A stretch of 36,869 nt of DNA from a virus (Duplodnaviria; Caudoviricetes): positions 1 through 36,869 of the IMG/VR virus record IMGVR_UViG_3300025034_000893. One strand, 5' to 3'. Below the pieces are notes generated by a model, which was given only the letters and a program-made list of their open reading frames with translations, searched no databases and was not told where the DNA came from. The translations under genes and the position numbers were made by a program. Every line of letters begins with the position of its first letter. Position 1 is the stretch's first letter. This document shows, piece by piece, positions 16,475-25,664 of the stretch.

Positions 16475-19227
16475 TCGGCACCTCGCCCGCCTATCAGGCC
16501 GTCCAGCGCTCGCATGAGTTTAAGCCCGCGCGACAGGTGCTGCTCTTTAGAAGGCTCGGCGATGGTTCGGGCTTTGAGGCAGCACCGATCGATGTCACAG
16601 ACGAAGTTCTGTTCCTGGACCGCCTCTCGGACAAGCTCGATACCGAGGACCTGGGCGAGTTCAAGACCTCGAACATCAGCATCACCGTGGACAACTCCCA
16701 GAAGTCTTGGGAGCAGGGGTCGACGCGGTTTCCCAACGGCCCCGGCGGCTTCCTGCTCTTCCGCTCCCGGATCGTCGTGAGGCTGGGACTCAAGATCGGC
16801 GGGCTACCCGAGATCTTCGACCGCTTCACCGGCCAGATCGAGGACACCGGCGAAGCCTCTAAGGACAGCTCGCGGCGGCTCGATGTCTATAGCGCCCTGG
16901 CCGCCATCGAGACCACAGACGCCGACAAGGCGGGCGTGCTGGTCCCAAACGCCCTGCTCGGCATAGGCGATAATGTCCAGTCCGAGTTCTTCACCCCCGA
17001 TACGGGCGTGGGCGAGGTCATAGACCTCCGCCTCGGCGGTGAGTCGCTGCGGCCGGGTCTGCGCTGGTCCGTCGGTCAGTTGGACGATCCCAACGCCCCG
17101 GCCAAGGTCTCGTTCGAGTCGTCTCAACCCGATCTGGGCGTAGAGGTCCGCGCCGATTACCGCACATGGAAGCGCGACCAGCGACTCGAGCAGGTGGTCG
17201 CCGACCTTCTGGCCACCGTCCCGGACGTTCCGGTCGCGCAGATCGACCCCGTCGTCTTCGACCCGCCGCCCCAGCGCGAGATCGTCCATACGACCGAGGG
17301 CGATTTCTTGGAGTACATCCGCCTGCACGCGACGGTCGTACCCGAGGACCCGCCGCCGCAAAACGATGCGTCCTTGACGCTCCTGCCGTTTGAGACCACC
17401 GCCGATTTCCAGGCCACCCAGAACCAGTCGGGCGTCAACTTCCTGCGCGTCAAGGACGCCGTTCACCCGCAGTACATCATCCAGTACGAAGGCGACGACG
17501 TGCCGGACCTTGAGCACAACACGGTCGAGGGACGACCGATCCTCCCCAAGGACTGGCAAGAGTTCCTTCCCGGCGGCGATGTGCGCGTCGTAGAGGACAG
17601 CCTGCTGAAGCTGACGCATAACGGCGGGGCGGACTACTTCATCTTCGGCCAGAAGGCGGGCGCGACGCCGGACCGCTACATGTCCATCCGGATCAAGTTC
17701 GCAAGCATCAATGGCTCCTGCTTCTACGGCGGCACCAACGCGGCCGGGGCGGGAGCCGTCCTTGAGTTCGTGAACATAAACCAGGTGCGCCTGCACAGCA
17801 GCGGCAGCACCGGGAACATCACCGTGAACCTGACCGCTTTCCACGTCTTCGAGGTGGTGATCGACACGGCCGCGAACCTCGCCCGGCTCTTGATCGACGG
17901 CGTGCAAGTGGCGACCCGGACCCTCGGGGAACCTACGCCTTTCACAGGCGGCAACACGGTCCAGTTTCAGGTCAGTGGCAACGAGGTCTTGGAGCTGGAC
18001 TTCATGCGCTACGCCGACGGCACCCAGCCGCCGCTGGCCTCGTTGACCTTCCAGCGCGACATGCGCCCGCACCTCTCGGGACTGACCACCTTCGGCCTCA
18101 TCACGACCTTGGGACCCTTCTTCGCCGAGTTCCAGGGCGCGCCGCGAAACGCCCGCTACTTCTGGAGCCATAGCGAGGACGGCGGCTTCACGTTCACGCC
18201 CGAGGTCGAGATCCCCAACGGCGGCGACGTTGGCGACTGGACGAACACCGACCAGCCCGATGTGGTGCGCCTGCGCGTCGAGTTTCGCGGCGGCAGCGAT
18301 ACCCTCCCGAGCGCCCTGATCCGCCTGGCCTTCCCGAGCCTGTCGCATGTGATCGTAGACGGCGGCGACGGCCTGGGCTCTTGGGACACTTGGCAGACGG
18401 TATTCGACGCCAACGACGGCGGCGTGCAGGTCTTCACGGCGAGCCACAACCCCGCAGGCATCCCCTTCTTAAACAGCTTCCACCAGGCGCTCGGCATGGG
18501 CGACACTATCGTCTCAGACGACTTCCAGCAGACCTCGGGCTTTGGCATCCCGCGCTTCATGTCCTTCATCATCCTCATGAACACGGCAGGGGCGAACTAC
18601 CCGCTCTTTCGGGAAGGCATCATCCGCCTGACGACGACCACGATCCTCATCACGCTGGCCAACCTCGGCCGCGGTCGCTCGGCACTCTCGGTCGTTGAGG
18701 AAGTAGCCCGCATCTCGGACTCTGAGATCGGCGTCAACGGCTCGGGGGCGTTCTTCTACCGCGACAAAAGCGTCTCGCCGACGCCCGAGATCACACTGGA
18801 TGATGAAAACGTCCTCGAGGTACTGGACTTTAACGAGGGCTGGGACCGGGTATTCAACAGCATCAAGGCCGAGTTCGGCGACTTCCGAAAGATCGCCGAC
18901 TCGGCGAGCGAGGGCGACCCCGCGCCCACCTCCGAGCGGCGCTTCGGCACGCGGAGCCTGCCCGTAGGCGGCGGCAATCTCCTGTTTCAGCGCGACGTGG
19001 ACCTGGCCACGGCCATGGCCAAGCGCTACTTCCCGCGCCACAAGGAGCCCAAGCGCCGCCTGACCCTTCGGGTCCGCTGGATGCCCGAGGTGGAGCTCGG
19101 CGACCGCGCCCTCTACGATGTGGCCAAGCCGCGGAGGATCGGGCCTTCCTCGCTGGATGCTCGGGTCATCGGCGTGGCCCTAGACCCCATGGGCTTTGAG
19201 ACCGAGTTGGAGCTACAGGAGATCTGA
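16471..19227 (+). CDS. Large tail-tip/baseplate hub-like protein with inserted beta-rich (lectin-like) domains
   Basis: Follows the tape measure gene. Hub-like segments (ISITVDNS; SALSVVEEVARISDSEIGVNGSGAFFYRDK; SERRFGTR; PEVELGD) flank a LamG/ConA-like stretch (FHVFEVVID...RLLIDGVQV). Confidence 0.65.
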   Translation: MIGTSPAYQAVQRSHEFKPARQVLLFRRLGDGSGFEAAPIDVTDEVLFLDRLSDKLDTEDLGEFKTSNISITVDNSQKSWEQGSTRFPNGPGGFLLFRSRIVVRLGLKIGGLPEIFDRFTGQIEDTGEASKDSSRRLDVYSALAAIETTDADKAGVLVPNALLGIGDNVQSEFFTPDTGVGEVIDLRLGGESLRPGLRWSVGQLDDPNAPAKVSFESSQPDLGVEVRADYRTWKRDQRLEQVVADLLATVPDVPVAQIDPVVFDPPPQREIVHTTEGDFLEYIRLHATVVPEDPPPQNDASLTLLPFETTADFQATQNQSGVNFLRVKDAVHPQYIIQYEGDDVPDLEHNTVEGRPILPKDWQEFLPGGDVRVVEDSLLKLTHNGGADYFIFGQKAGATPDRYMSIRIKFASINGSCFYGGTNAAGAGAVLEFVNINQVRLHSSGSTGNITVNLTAFHVFEVVIDTAANLARLLIDGVQVATRTLGEPTPFTGGNTVQFQVSGNEVLELDFMRYADGTQPPLASLTFQRDMRPHLSGLTTFGLITTLGPFFAEFQGAPRNARYFWSHSEDGGFTFTPEVEIPNGGDVGDWTNTDQPDVVRLRVEFRGGSDTLPSALIRLAFPSLSHVIVDGGDGLGSWDTWQTVFDANDGGVQVFTASHNPAGIPFLNSFHQALGMGDTIVSDDFQQTSGFGIPRFMSFIILMNTAGANYPLFREGIIRLTTTTILITLANLGRGRSALSVVEEVARISDSEIGVNGSGAFFYRDKSVSPTPEITLDDENVLEVLDFNEGWDRVFNSIKAEFGDFRKIADSASEGDPAPTSERRFGTRSLPVGGGNLLFQRDVDLATAMAKRYFPRHKEPKRRLTLRVRWMPEVELGDRALYDVAKPRRIGPSSLDARVIGVALDPMGFETELELQEI

Positions 19228-21686
19228 TGGCGCTCAAGCAGATATTGGACACCCCGGCCGCCTTCCAGGCCAACGCCGGCAGCCAGGACCTGGACCTCAC
19301 CAGCCTCCCGATCCGGCTGACCGGGACCATCCCCTTGAACTTAATCGACGACTTCGACGACGGCATCAAGGACCCCAAGTGGGTCACGGTCCCCGAGATC
19401 GCCGCGCCCTTCTTCACCTTCGCCCCCATCGTCGATCCGGTCGCCTCGGGGATGAGCGGCGCGACCCTGTTCAAGGCGCAGACCTTCACGGTGGCAGCAA
19501 CCCGACAGCTCTTCGGGTTCGGCGCGATGCTCATATCGTCCAACCCCGGCGGCGCGGCCGGCGAGATCACCTGCGAGCTTCAGACCACGACCGGGCCTGT
19601 AGGCGAGGAACAGCCGAGCGGCACGGTCATCGCCGTTGCAAACAGCGTCCCCGCGAGCAGCATCTTCGGCCTCGGGTTTCCGCCCGCCCAGGTCTTCACG
19701 CGCTTCGAGTTTCCTGACAAGCCGGAACTGACCGCGGGGGTCAAGTACGCCGTGGTCCTCAAGCACGTCAACTTCGACGTATCCTCCGGGACGATCTCTT
19801 GGTACGCCGAGAAGGACGCGGGCGCGCAGTACCCGGACGGCAAGGCCTGGACCTTCGCCAACGGCATCTGGAACGACCCCGAGGATTTCAACGCCTTCTT
19901 CGATTTCTATTTCGAGCTTCTCGGCGGCGAGCCCAATCCGCGCACCGCGGTCGAGACCGGAGGCAGCCTCCAGTTCGACTATCCCGACTCGGTGGTAGGG
20001 AGCCCATCGCCGGATCAGTTTCTTGAAACCGTCTGCGACCTAGACGCCGACGGCTTCGAGCTTCAGACCCAGGTGCGCTGGGAGCCGCTCAACCCCGGCT
20101 CGCACGTCGGCCTCGACCACGGCGGCCTATTTAGCGTCGCCATCCTCAAGGGCAACGCGGCTGAGAGCATCGCCAATCTGCCGCTGTCCCAGCAGTTCTA
20201 CGACGACAATCTAGTCGCGGAGATGCACCTATTCCCGGACCCCGAGGGCGGGAACCTCTCGTTTCGGCCGATCGTGGTGGATGCGGCCGGCAACAAGCTC
20301 ATGTACACGCCGCCCGCGCAGGACTGGGTGGGCTTTAGCGGCCAGGGCGGCTTCTTCGACTCGCCCTTCGGCAACTCGGCGGGCGTGCCCTACACCATCA
20401 AGATCGACCCGCAAGCCGGGGGCGGTCTCCAGATGACGGTCTTCAAGAACAACGATCCGGCCCAACAGATCCTCCAGACCAGCGTCAGTCCGCCCGTGCG
20501 CGCCCCGGCCGGAGCCAAGTTCCACATCATCATCGGCCACGCCCGGCGCGTCTACGAGTCGCGCTACAAGTTCACCGAGATGCGCTTTAGCGGCGATCTC
20601 ATCGAAGCGCCCTCGGGATCGGTGAGTTTTAAGCGTAGCTTCGGCTCGCCCACGAAGGTCACAGGTTTCACCATGGAACGGGTGCTTCCCGCCGCCGGCG
20701 ACGCCATCAACGTCCGCCTGCGCGGCGGCGATGACGAGGCCGAGCTTCAGGCAGCGGCGTTTAGCGAACCCATCCCCACCGAGGTCGACGGCGATATCGA
20801 GACCGGCACGGTGAACCTGCCCGCCAAGAAACTGATCGAGTACCAGCTTGAGTTCATCGCGGCCAGCCCGGGGCCGCTGCTCAACTCTTTCGATATCACG
20901 ACGGCCGACGAGGCGGTCGAAGGCGACAGGCCGCTGATTCTATCGCTCGACGAGGTCGGCCCCGGCCGCGTCACCATCCAGACCTCCGAGGGCGAGGCCG
21001 ACACCCCCAACACCGACAAGCTCAAAGACAGCGACGCTAAAACGCAGTATGAGAGCGCCGACAGCACCGATGGCAACGAGGTCGCCGTCGAGGTGTTCTT
21101 CCAGAACCCCGAAGGCGGCGGGGCCTTCAAGAACTTCAACGCCGTCCTCCTGAGAAACACCAACCTCAAGCGCCTGCGCCTGGAACTCGGGCCGGTCGTG
21201 CTCTTCGACGGCGAGATCACATCCGACGACGAGCTTCTGACCTTCCCCACGACGCTCTTTAACGGCTTTCGGCTCGTCGGTGTCACGACCAAGACGCCCA
21301 ACGAGAAGAAGAAGATCGGCGAGGTCTACGCGGGCATCGTTCAGCTCGCCCTGCTCGAGTTCGACGAGTACGAGCCGCGCCGGCGTATCCGCCTGGGCGG
21401 GAGTTACGAGAGCCTCGGCGGCAAGCTGATCTCTTTTGCGGGCGTTCACAAGTACGCAAGCCGCTGGGTTATTTCAAGGCTGAACACGCCGACCAAGGAC
21501 GCGCTCGAAGCGGTCTTCGCCGAGCAGCGGCAGATCACCTTCTGGCCCGAGCCCAAGGCGCGGCCGCGGGACATCTTCGACGTGGCCTGGACGCTGGAGG
21601 AGTTGCCCTTCCCCTACTCGGAGACCGTGAAGGGGGCTGGCCACACCGTCGAGGCCGAGATGGTCGAGCTCACAGGCAGGAGTTGA
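19227..21686 (+). CDS. Large tail-tip/adsorption protein (819 aa), beta-rich, possible distal-tail-like C-terminal domain
   Basis: TGATG-coupled to the previous gene; contains a carbohydrate-binding-like AQTFT...LTAGVKYAVVL...DFYFEL module. Confidence 0.6.
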   Translation: MALKQILDTPAAFQANAGSQDLDLTSLPIRLTGTIPLNLIDDFDDGIKDPKWVTVPEIAAPFFTFAPIVDPVASGMSGATLFKAQTFTVAATRQLFGFGAMLISSNPGGAAGEITCELQTTTGPVGEEQPSGTVIAVANSVPASSIFGLGFPPAQVFTRFEFPDKPELTAGVKYAVVLKHVNFDVSSGTISWYAEKDAGAQYPDGKAWTFANGIWNDPEDFNAFFDFYFELLGGEPNPRTAVETGGSLQFDYPDSVVGSPSPDQFLETVCDLDADGFELQTQVRWEPLNPGSHVGLDHGGLFSVAILKGNAAESIANLPLSQQFYDDNLVAEMHLFPDPEGGNLSFRPIVVDAAGNKLMYTPPAQDWVGFSGQGGFFDSPFGNSAGVPYTIKIDPQAGGGLQMTVFKNNDPAQQILQTSVSPPVRAPAGAKFHIIIGHARRVYESRYKFTEMRFSGDLIEAPSGSVSFKRSFGSPTKVTGFTMERVLPAAGDAINVRLRGGDDEAELQAAAFSEPIPTEVDGDIETGTVNLPAKKLIEYQLEFIAASPGPLLNSFDITTADEAVEGDRPLILSLDEVGPGRVTIQTSEGEADTPNTDKLKDSDAKTQYESADSTDGNEVAVEVFFQNPEGGGAFKNFNAVLLRNTNLKRLRLELGPVVLFDGEITSDDELLTFPTTLFNGFRLVGVTTKTPNEKKKIGEVYAGIVQLALLEFDEYEPRRRIRLGGSYESLGGKLISFAGVHKYASRWVISRLNTPTKDALEAVFAEQRQITFWPEPKARPRDIFDVAWTLEELPFPYSETVKGAGHTVEAEMVELTGRS

Positions 21687-21688
21687 AC

Positions 21689-21871
21689 ATGGAAAAAGAG
21701 ATCGCAAGCCTCACGGCGCAGCTCATCCAGCAGGTCGGCTTCCCGATCGCCGTCGCCTTCTGGCTCCTGGCCCGGACCGACAAGCGCATCGAGCAGATGA
21801 CCACGGTCTTGCAGGAGATCGCCAAGACCATGGCGGTCATCAAGGAGAAGATCAATGGAGATGACGAGTAG
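21689..21871 (+). CDS. YvrJ-like single-TM small protein (holin-like)
   Basis: LIQQVGFPIAVAFWLLARTDKRIEQM is the YvrJ-type GFPI motif followed by a coiled coil; AGGAG SD. Confidence 0.7.
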   Translation: MEKEIASLTAQLIQQVGFPIAVAFWLLARTDKRIEQMTTVLQEIAKTMAVIKEKINGDDE

Positions 21872-22028
21872 CGTCCTGGGAAGCTGCACATTAGCGGCGG
21901 TCGTCGTCTTGGTCCGGCTCGCGCAGGACCGTATGGACCGCCGCAGAGAGCGGGACCTCGAGTCGGCCAGGTGTAAATGCGAGTCCCTGGCCGCCTGCGT
22001 CAAGAAGAACGGCCGCCTCAAGCTCTGA
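21855..22028 (+). CDS. Small membrane-anchored hypothetical protein (57 aa), not in the ORF track
   Basis: AAGGAG SD, then MEMTSSVLGSCTLAAVVVLVRLAQDRMDRRRERDLESARCKCESLAACVKKNGRLKL*; overlaps the end of the previous gene. Confidence 0.45.
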   Translation: MEMTSSVLGSCTLAAVVVLVRLAQDRMDRRRERDLESARCKCESLAACVKKNGRLKL

Positions 22029-22168
22029 GCGCGGCGCGGAAATCTGTCCCCGTCCGGGCCCCCGCGCCCCCCTTTAGAGGGTAGAGGCCGCAAAGCGCCG
22101 GCAGTCCATGTAACGCCGCTTATGAAATCGGGCGTTTATTTAGAGACGGTCCCAAACGGAGGAATACC

Positions 22169-22696
22169 ATGCTGCCACTACTTCCCATGCTCGGAGTCCT
22201 GCCCAAGGCGATCAGCACGATCGCCCGCATCGTTGGCCCCGGCAAGGGCAACAAGCTCAAGGACGCCGCCGACGCCCTCTCGGAGTTCACCGGCGATGTT
22301 AAGGCCAACCGCATCCCGCCCGAACAGATGGCCGAACTCGAACAGGCCATGATGAAGCACGAGTCCGAAATGAAGCGGCTCGATGTGGAGGAGCGCAAGA
22401 ACGCCCGCGAGTTGATCCGCGAGGAGGGCCGCTCCGAAGATCCCTGGGTCCGGCGCGCACGGCCGACCTTCCTCTGGCTTATGTACTTGGTCCTCTTCTG
22501 GAACTTCATCGTCCTGGGGACCTGGCAGTTCTTTAAGACCGGCGCGCCGATCAGCCAGCCGCCGATCAACTTCCCGCAGGAGCTTTACTACCTCTTCGGC
22601 ACCGCCTTCGTGGGCTACACCGGCTTCCGGTCCTTGGACAAGAAGACCGGGAACTCCAGCGGGGGCGGGATGCTGAGCTCGCTCTTCAAGCGGTAG
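22169..22696 (+). CDS. Holin (GTA-type 3TM holin family)
   Basis: ERKNARELIREEGRSEDPWVRRARPTFLWLMY...ELYYLFGTAFVGYTGFRSLDK; GGAGG SD; directly upstream of the endolysin. Confidence 0.8.
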   Translation: MLPLLPMLGVLPKAISTIARIVGPGKGNKLKDAADALSEFTGDVKANRIPPEQMAELEQAMMKHESEMKRLDVEERKNARELIREEGRSEDPWVRRARPTFLWLMYLVLFWNFIVLGTWQFFKTGAPISQPPINFPQELYYLFGTAFVGYTGFRSLDKKTGNSSGGGMLSSLFKR

Positions 22697-22700
22697 CGCG

Positions 22701-23591
22701 ATGGCCAGAAGCTACCTCAAGGGCCCTACGCTCAAGCTCGGCGCGGTCGACGACGTCGGACACGCCAACTTCCGGCGGCTGGCAGGCACGGTCCGCGGCC
22801 GGCTCGTGGCGGACTTGCAGGAGGACCTGCACAGCCTGCGCTTCCTCCTGCCCAAGCCCGACGGGGTCTTCGGTGAGAATACGCTGCGAGCGGTGCGTGC
22901 GTTTCAGAAAGACAGCCGGCTCGGCGTGGACGGGATCGTCGGGCCCAACACCAAGCGCGTTCTGGCCACCCGCGTGGAGGGGCCCAAGACGCCGGCGGAC
23001 CCGGACCGGCTCTACCTCTACTTCCGCGAGATCATCGAGGGGCTGGGCTACACCTTCGAGATCAAGCCGCTCTACCTAAACCTGCTCGGCATCCGCGGCT
23101 TCTGGCACGGCGAGGCGGTTCCGAATAAGTTCAACCTCTACAACGACACGATCTACGCGATCTGGCTCGACGAACGCCGCGAGCCCTGCGTCGAGTCCTT
23201 CGACGCGAGCTGCGATCCGGGCCTACAGCGCAAGGGCAAGGCCAACCCCAGGGGTGTGGCGCATCTCATGGAGGGGCAATACTGGTTCCAGCGTGGTCTC
23301 CACGCGAGTAAGTACCGCGCCCTGCGCCAAGCGAGGCCGGTCCGCGTGAAGCGCTATTTCGACGACGATCCCGACCTTGTTCGGCCAACGATCGATGAGG
23401 ACTGGTTCGGGATCAACATCCACGCGGCAGGGACGACGGACTGGGTCAACGGGTGGTCGGCGGGGTGCCAGGTGATTCATGGCGGGATCGAGGGGGAGGC
23501 GTGGAAGCGGTTCGACCGGCTTGTCTATGAGATCGGAAATTCGGAGCAGAAAAGGATTCCCTACACACTGACCTGCAGCCAGAGTATTTAA
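22701..23591 (+). CDS. Endolysin: N-terminal peptidoglycan-binding domain plus catalytic domain with H...SxGC motif
   Basis: PG_binding_1 motif DGVFGENTLRAVRAFQKDSRLGVDGIVGPNT; C-terminal FGINIHAAG...WSAGCQV. Confidence 0.8.
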   Translation: MARSYLKGPTLKLGAVDDVGHANFRRLAGTVRGRLVADLQEDLHSLRFLLPKPDGVFGENTLRAVRAFQKDSRLGVDGIVGPNTKRVLATRVEGPKTPADPDRLYLYFREIIEGLGYTFEIKPLYLNLLGIRGFWHGEAVPNKFNLYNDTIYAIWLDERREPCVESFDASCDPGLQRKGKANPRGVAHLMEGQYWFQRGLHASKYRALRQARPVRVKRYFDDDPDLVRPTIDEDWFGINIHAAGTTDWVNGWSAGCQVIHGGIEGEAWKRFDRLVYEIGNSEQKRIPYTLTCSQSI

Positions 23592-23807
23592 GACGGTTGG
23601 CCCACACGATTGCTGAAAGGCTACCACCCCGTCGATGATTGCAATACGACGGCCGACCAAAATCTTTTGATTTGCCCATACCTGAGCTGGCTGTGATCCA
23701 ATCTGCGGCGCTGGGCGGCGAGCGGGAAAATCCGTAGGAATAGCCATTGGATAGCCTTATCGAGCCTGCGCGTCAACCAGTCCTGCGATTGTTACTATCA
23801 TATCGTT

Positions 23808-25664
23808 GTGGAATCATGGGATTTTGACCAAGCCATCATAATAGAGGCACGAGTCACCGACCGAGTCCTCGTTGAAGCGCCTCCCGGCACCGGGAAGACA
23901 GCCGTTGCTTGCGCACGGGTCGCCTACCTCTTGGACTCGAACGTCGAGCCCTCCCTCATCCATCTCCTGAGCTTCACCCGTACGGCCGTAGGGGAGATCA
24001 AAGACCGCATCAAGCGTCTGTCAAAGGAGAAATCTCGGGCCGTCTCCGTCAACCTGAGCACCCTAGACTCGGAGACCTGGCACATCCTGCGTGGGTTCCA
24101 GGATGTCGAAGACGCGGCATTGATGGCTGACTACGAGGCGAACATTGAAAGCCTCGTGAAGCTACTGCGTGAGCGGGAGCCCGAGATTGTCAGTTACGTC
24201 CAGAGGCTGAAACATCTGATCATCGACGAGGCTCAGGACCTTACCGGTGCCCGTGCAGCCTTGTGCATGGAATTGTTGAAGGTGATCCGTCCAGAATGCG
24301 GCTGCACGATCCTTGCAGACCCTGCGCAGGCCATCTACGGCTTCACCGGCGATGACAAGCCTGAGGACGCTCCACCCGAGAAGTCGTTCCTCCAACTCCT
24401 GGCAGAGGCGAAGGAGTTGAAGATCGAAGAGCTCCAGTTGAAGAAGCTCTACCGATCGGCGTCCCCTTCCCTGGAGAAGTTGTTCTTGGGGGCGACGCGG
24501 AAGCTGGCGCTGGAATACAAGGACGGAGGGTACGCTGAACTCGGAGCAGCCATCCGTGCATTAGCTGATGGGCATGAGACCGAGACCGATCTTGCGAAGA
24601 TCCAGTTGGACGACGAGACACTGCTCCTGTTCCGGCGGCGGATCGAGGTCTGGATCGCATCTTCCTTCCTGTCGAGCGCTGGACGCGAGCATAGGATGCG
24701 GATGTCCGGGACTCCTCCGGTCCTCCACCCATGGATCGGGATCACTCTCGGTCCCTTCACTGACGAGACGATCGAGCGCTCCCAGTTCGCGGACCTTTGG
24801 GCTAGCCACATCGACATCTTGGGGAAGTTCTCCGGCCTCTCCGAGGAGTCGGCGTGGGGGCTCCTGGAACGACTGGGGCGGCGTAAGCAGGGTCCCGTCC
24901 TCATAGCGAAGGTTCGGGCTGGCTTGAGCCGTATGCGACCACCTCTGGATGCTTGCTTGTCGGAGATTGGGACGTCAGGTCCGATCGTGAGTACCATCCA
25001 CGCTTCAAAGGGCCGGGAAGCCACGAACGTACTCCTGATGCTACCCAAGTTCAAGGGACCTGATGATGCCGGTGCAGCCGCTGAAGAGACCCGGGTGATC
25101 TACGTCGGCGCTACTCGTCCGAAGAGAGCGTTGCGGGTCGGCGAAGGACTAGCTGCTCGTGGGGATACCCTGCCGTCAGGGCGTGAGTACCGGACCACAG
25201 GCGGGAAGATGCAGTTGGCCTTCGGCTTCGCTGATGACCTTGATGCGGTCGCCTGCGTCAGACGGAGCCTGCACAGTGAGCCTGAGCGTGCACGCGAGTT
25301 GCAGACCTTGCTCAGTAAGAACCTATTCACCTCGACGAAGGCCAGCGCCTACCTCCAACAGGGCGACCGCTCGTTCACGTTCAGGGTCGAGGCCGTCTTC
25401 GACCGAAAGGCGCTAGACATCGGCATCCTCAACCAGGTTGTGAACAAGGACCTGATGAGCGCGGCGAAGATCATCCGCCGTATCGGTCCTCTCGGCATCG
25501 ATCATCTGACGTTGTTCGGCGCGCGGACCATCGCCCTCTCAGACGAGGAGATCGGGGATTCAGGCATCCATGAGCCATACAGTACAAGTGGGTTCTTCCT
25601 TGCGCCAGTGATAAAAGGATTCTCGACGGTTCGCTTCAAGACATGGAGGCGAAATGACGACTGA
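23808..25664 (+). CDS. UvrD/Rep-family (SF1) helicase-like protein
   Basis: APPGTGKT, LSFT, IIDEAQD, ADPAQAIYGF, YRS, STIHASKGRE, EETRVIYVGATRP. Confidence 0.9.
   Translation: MESWDFDQAIIIEARVTDRVLVEAPPGTGKTAVACARVAYLLDSNVEPSLIHLLSFTRTAVGEIKDRIKRLSKEKSRAVSVNLSTLDSETWHILRGFQDVEDAALMADYEANIESLVKLLREREPEIVSYVQRLKHLIIDEAQDLTGARAALCMELLKVIRPECGCTILADPAQAIYGFTGDDKPEDAPPEKSFLQLLAEAKELKIEELQLKKLYRSASPSLEKLFLGATRKLALEYKDGGYAELGAAIRALADGHETETDLAKIQLDDETLLLFRRRIEVWIASSFLSSAGREHRMRMSGTPPVLHPWIGITLGPFTDETIERSQFADLWASHIDILGKFSGLSEESAWGLLERLGRRKQGPVLIAKVRAGLSRMRPPLDACLSEIGTSGPIVSTIHASKGREATNVLLMLPKFKGPDDAGAAAEETRVIYVGATRPKRALRVGEGLAARGDTLPSGREYRTTGGKMQLAFGFADDLDAVACVRRSLHSEPERARELQTLLSKNLFTSTKASAYLQQGDRSFTFRVEAVFDRKALDIGILNQVVNKDLMSAAKIIRRIGPLGIDHLTLFGARTIALSDEEIGDSGIHEPYSTSGFFLAPVIKGFSTVRFKTWRRNDD

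Noticed and set aside
22040-22120. c-di-GMP-I riboswitch (GCCGCAAAGC resembles its core)
   Set aside because: The upstream GGCAAA/GNRA stem and downstream conserved elements are not present.
5435-23591. Avoidance of GATC or CCWGG as a clue to the methyltransferase targets
   Set aside because: Both sites occur frequently by eye. Targets cannot be inferred without a k-mer count and methylome.
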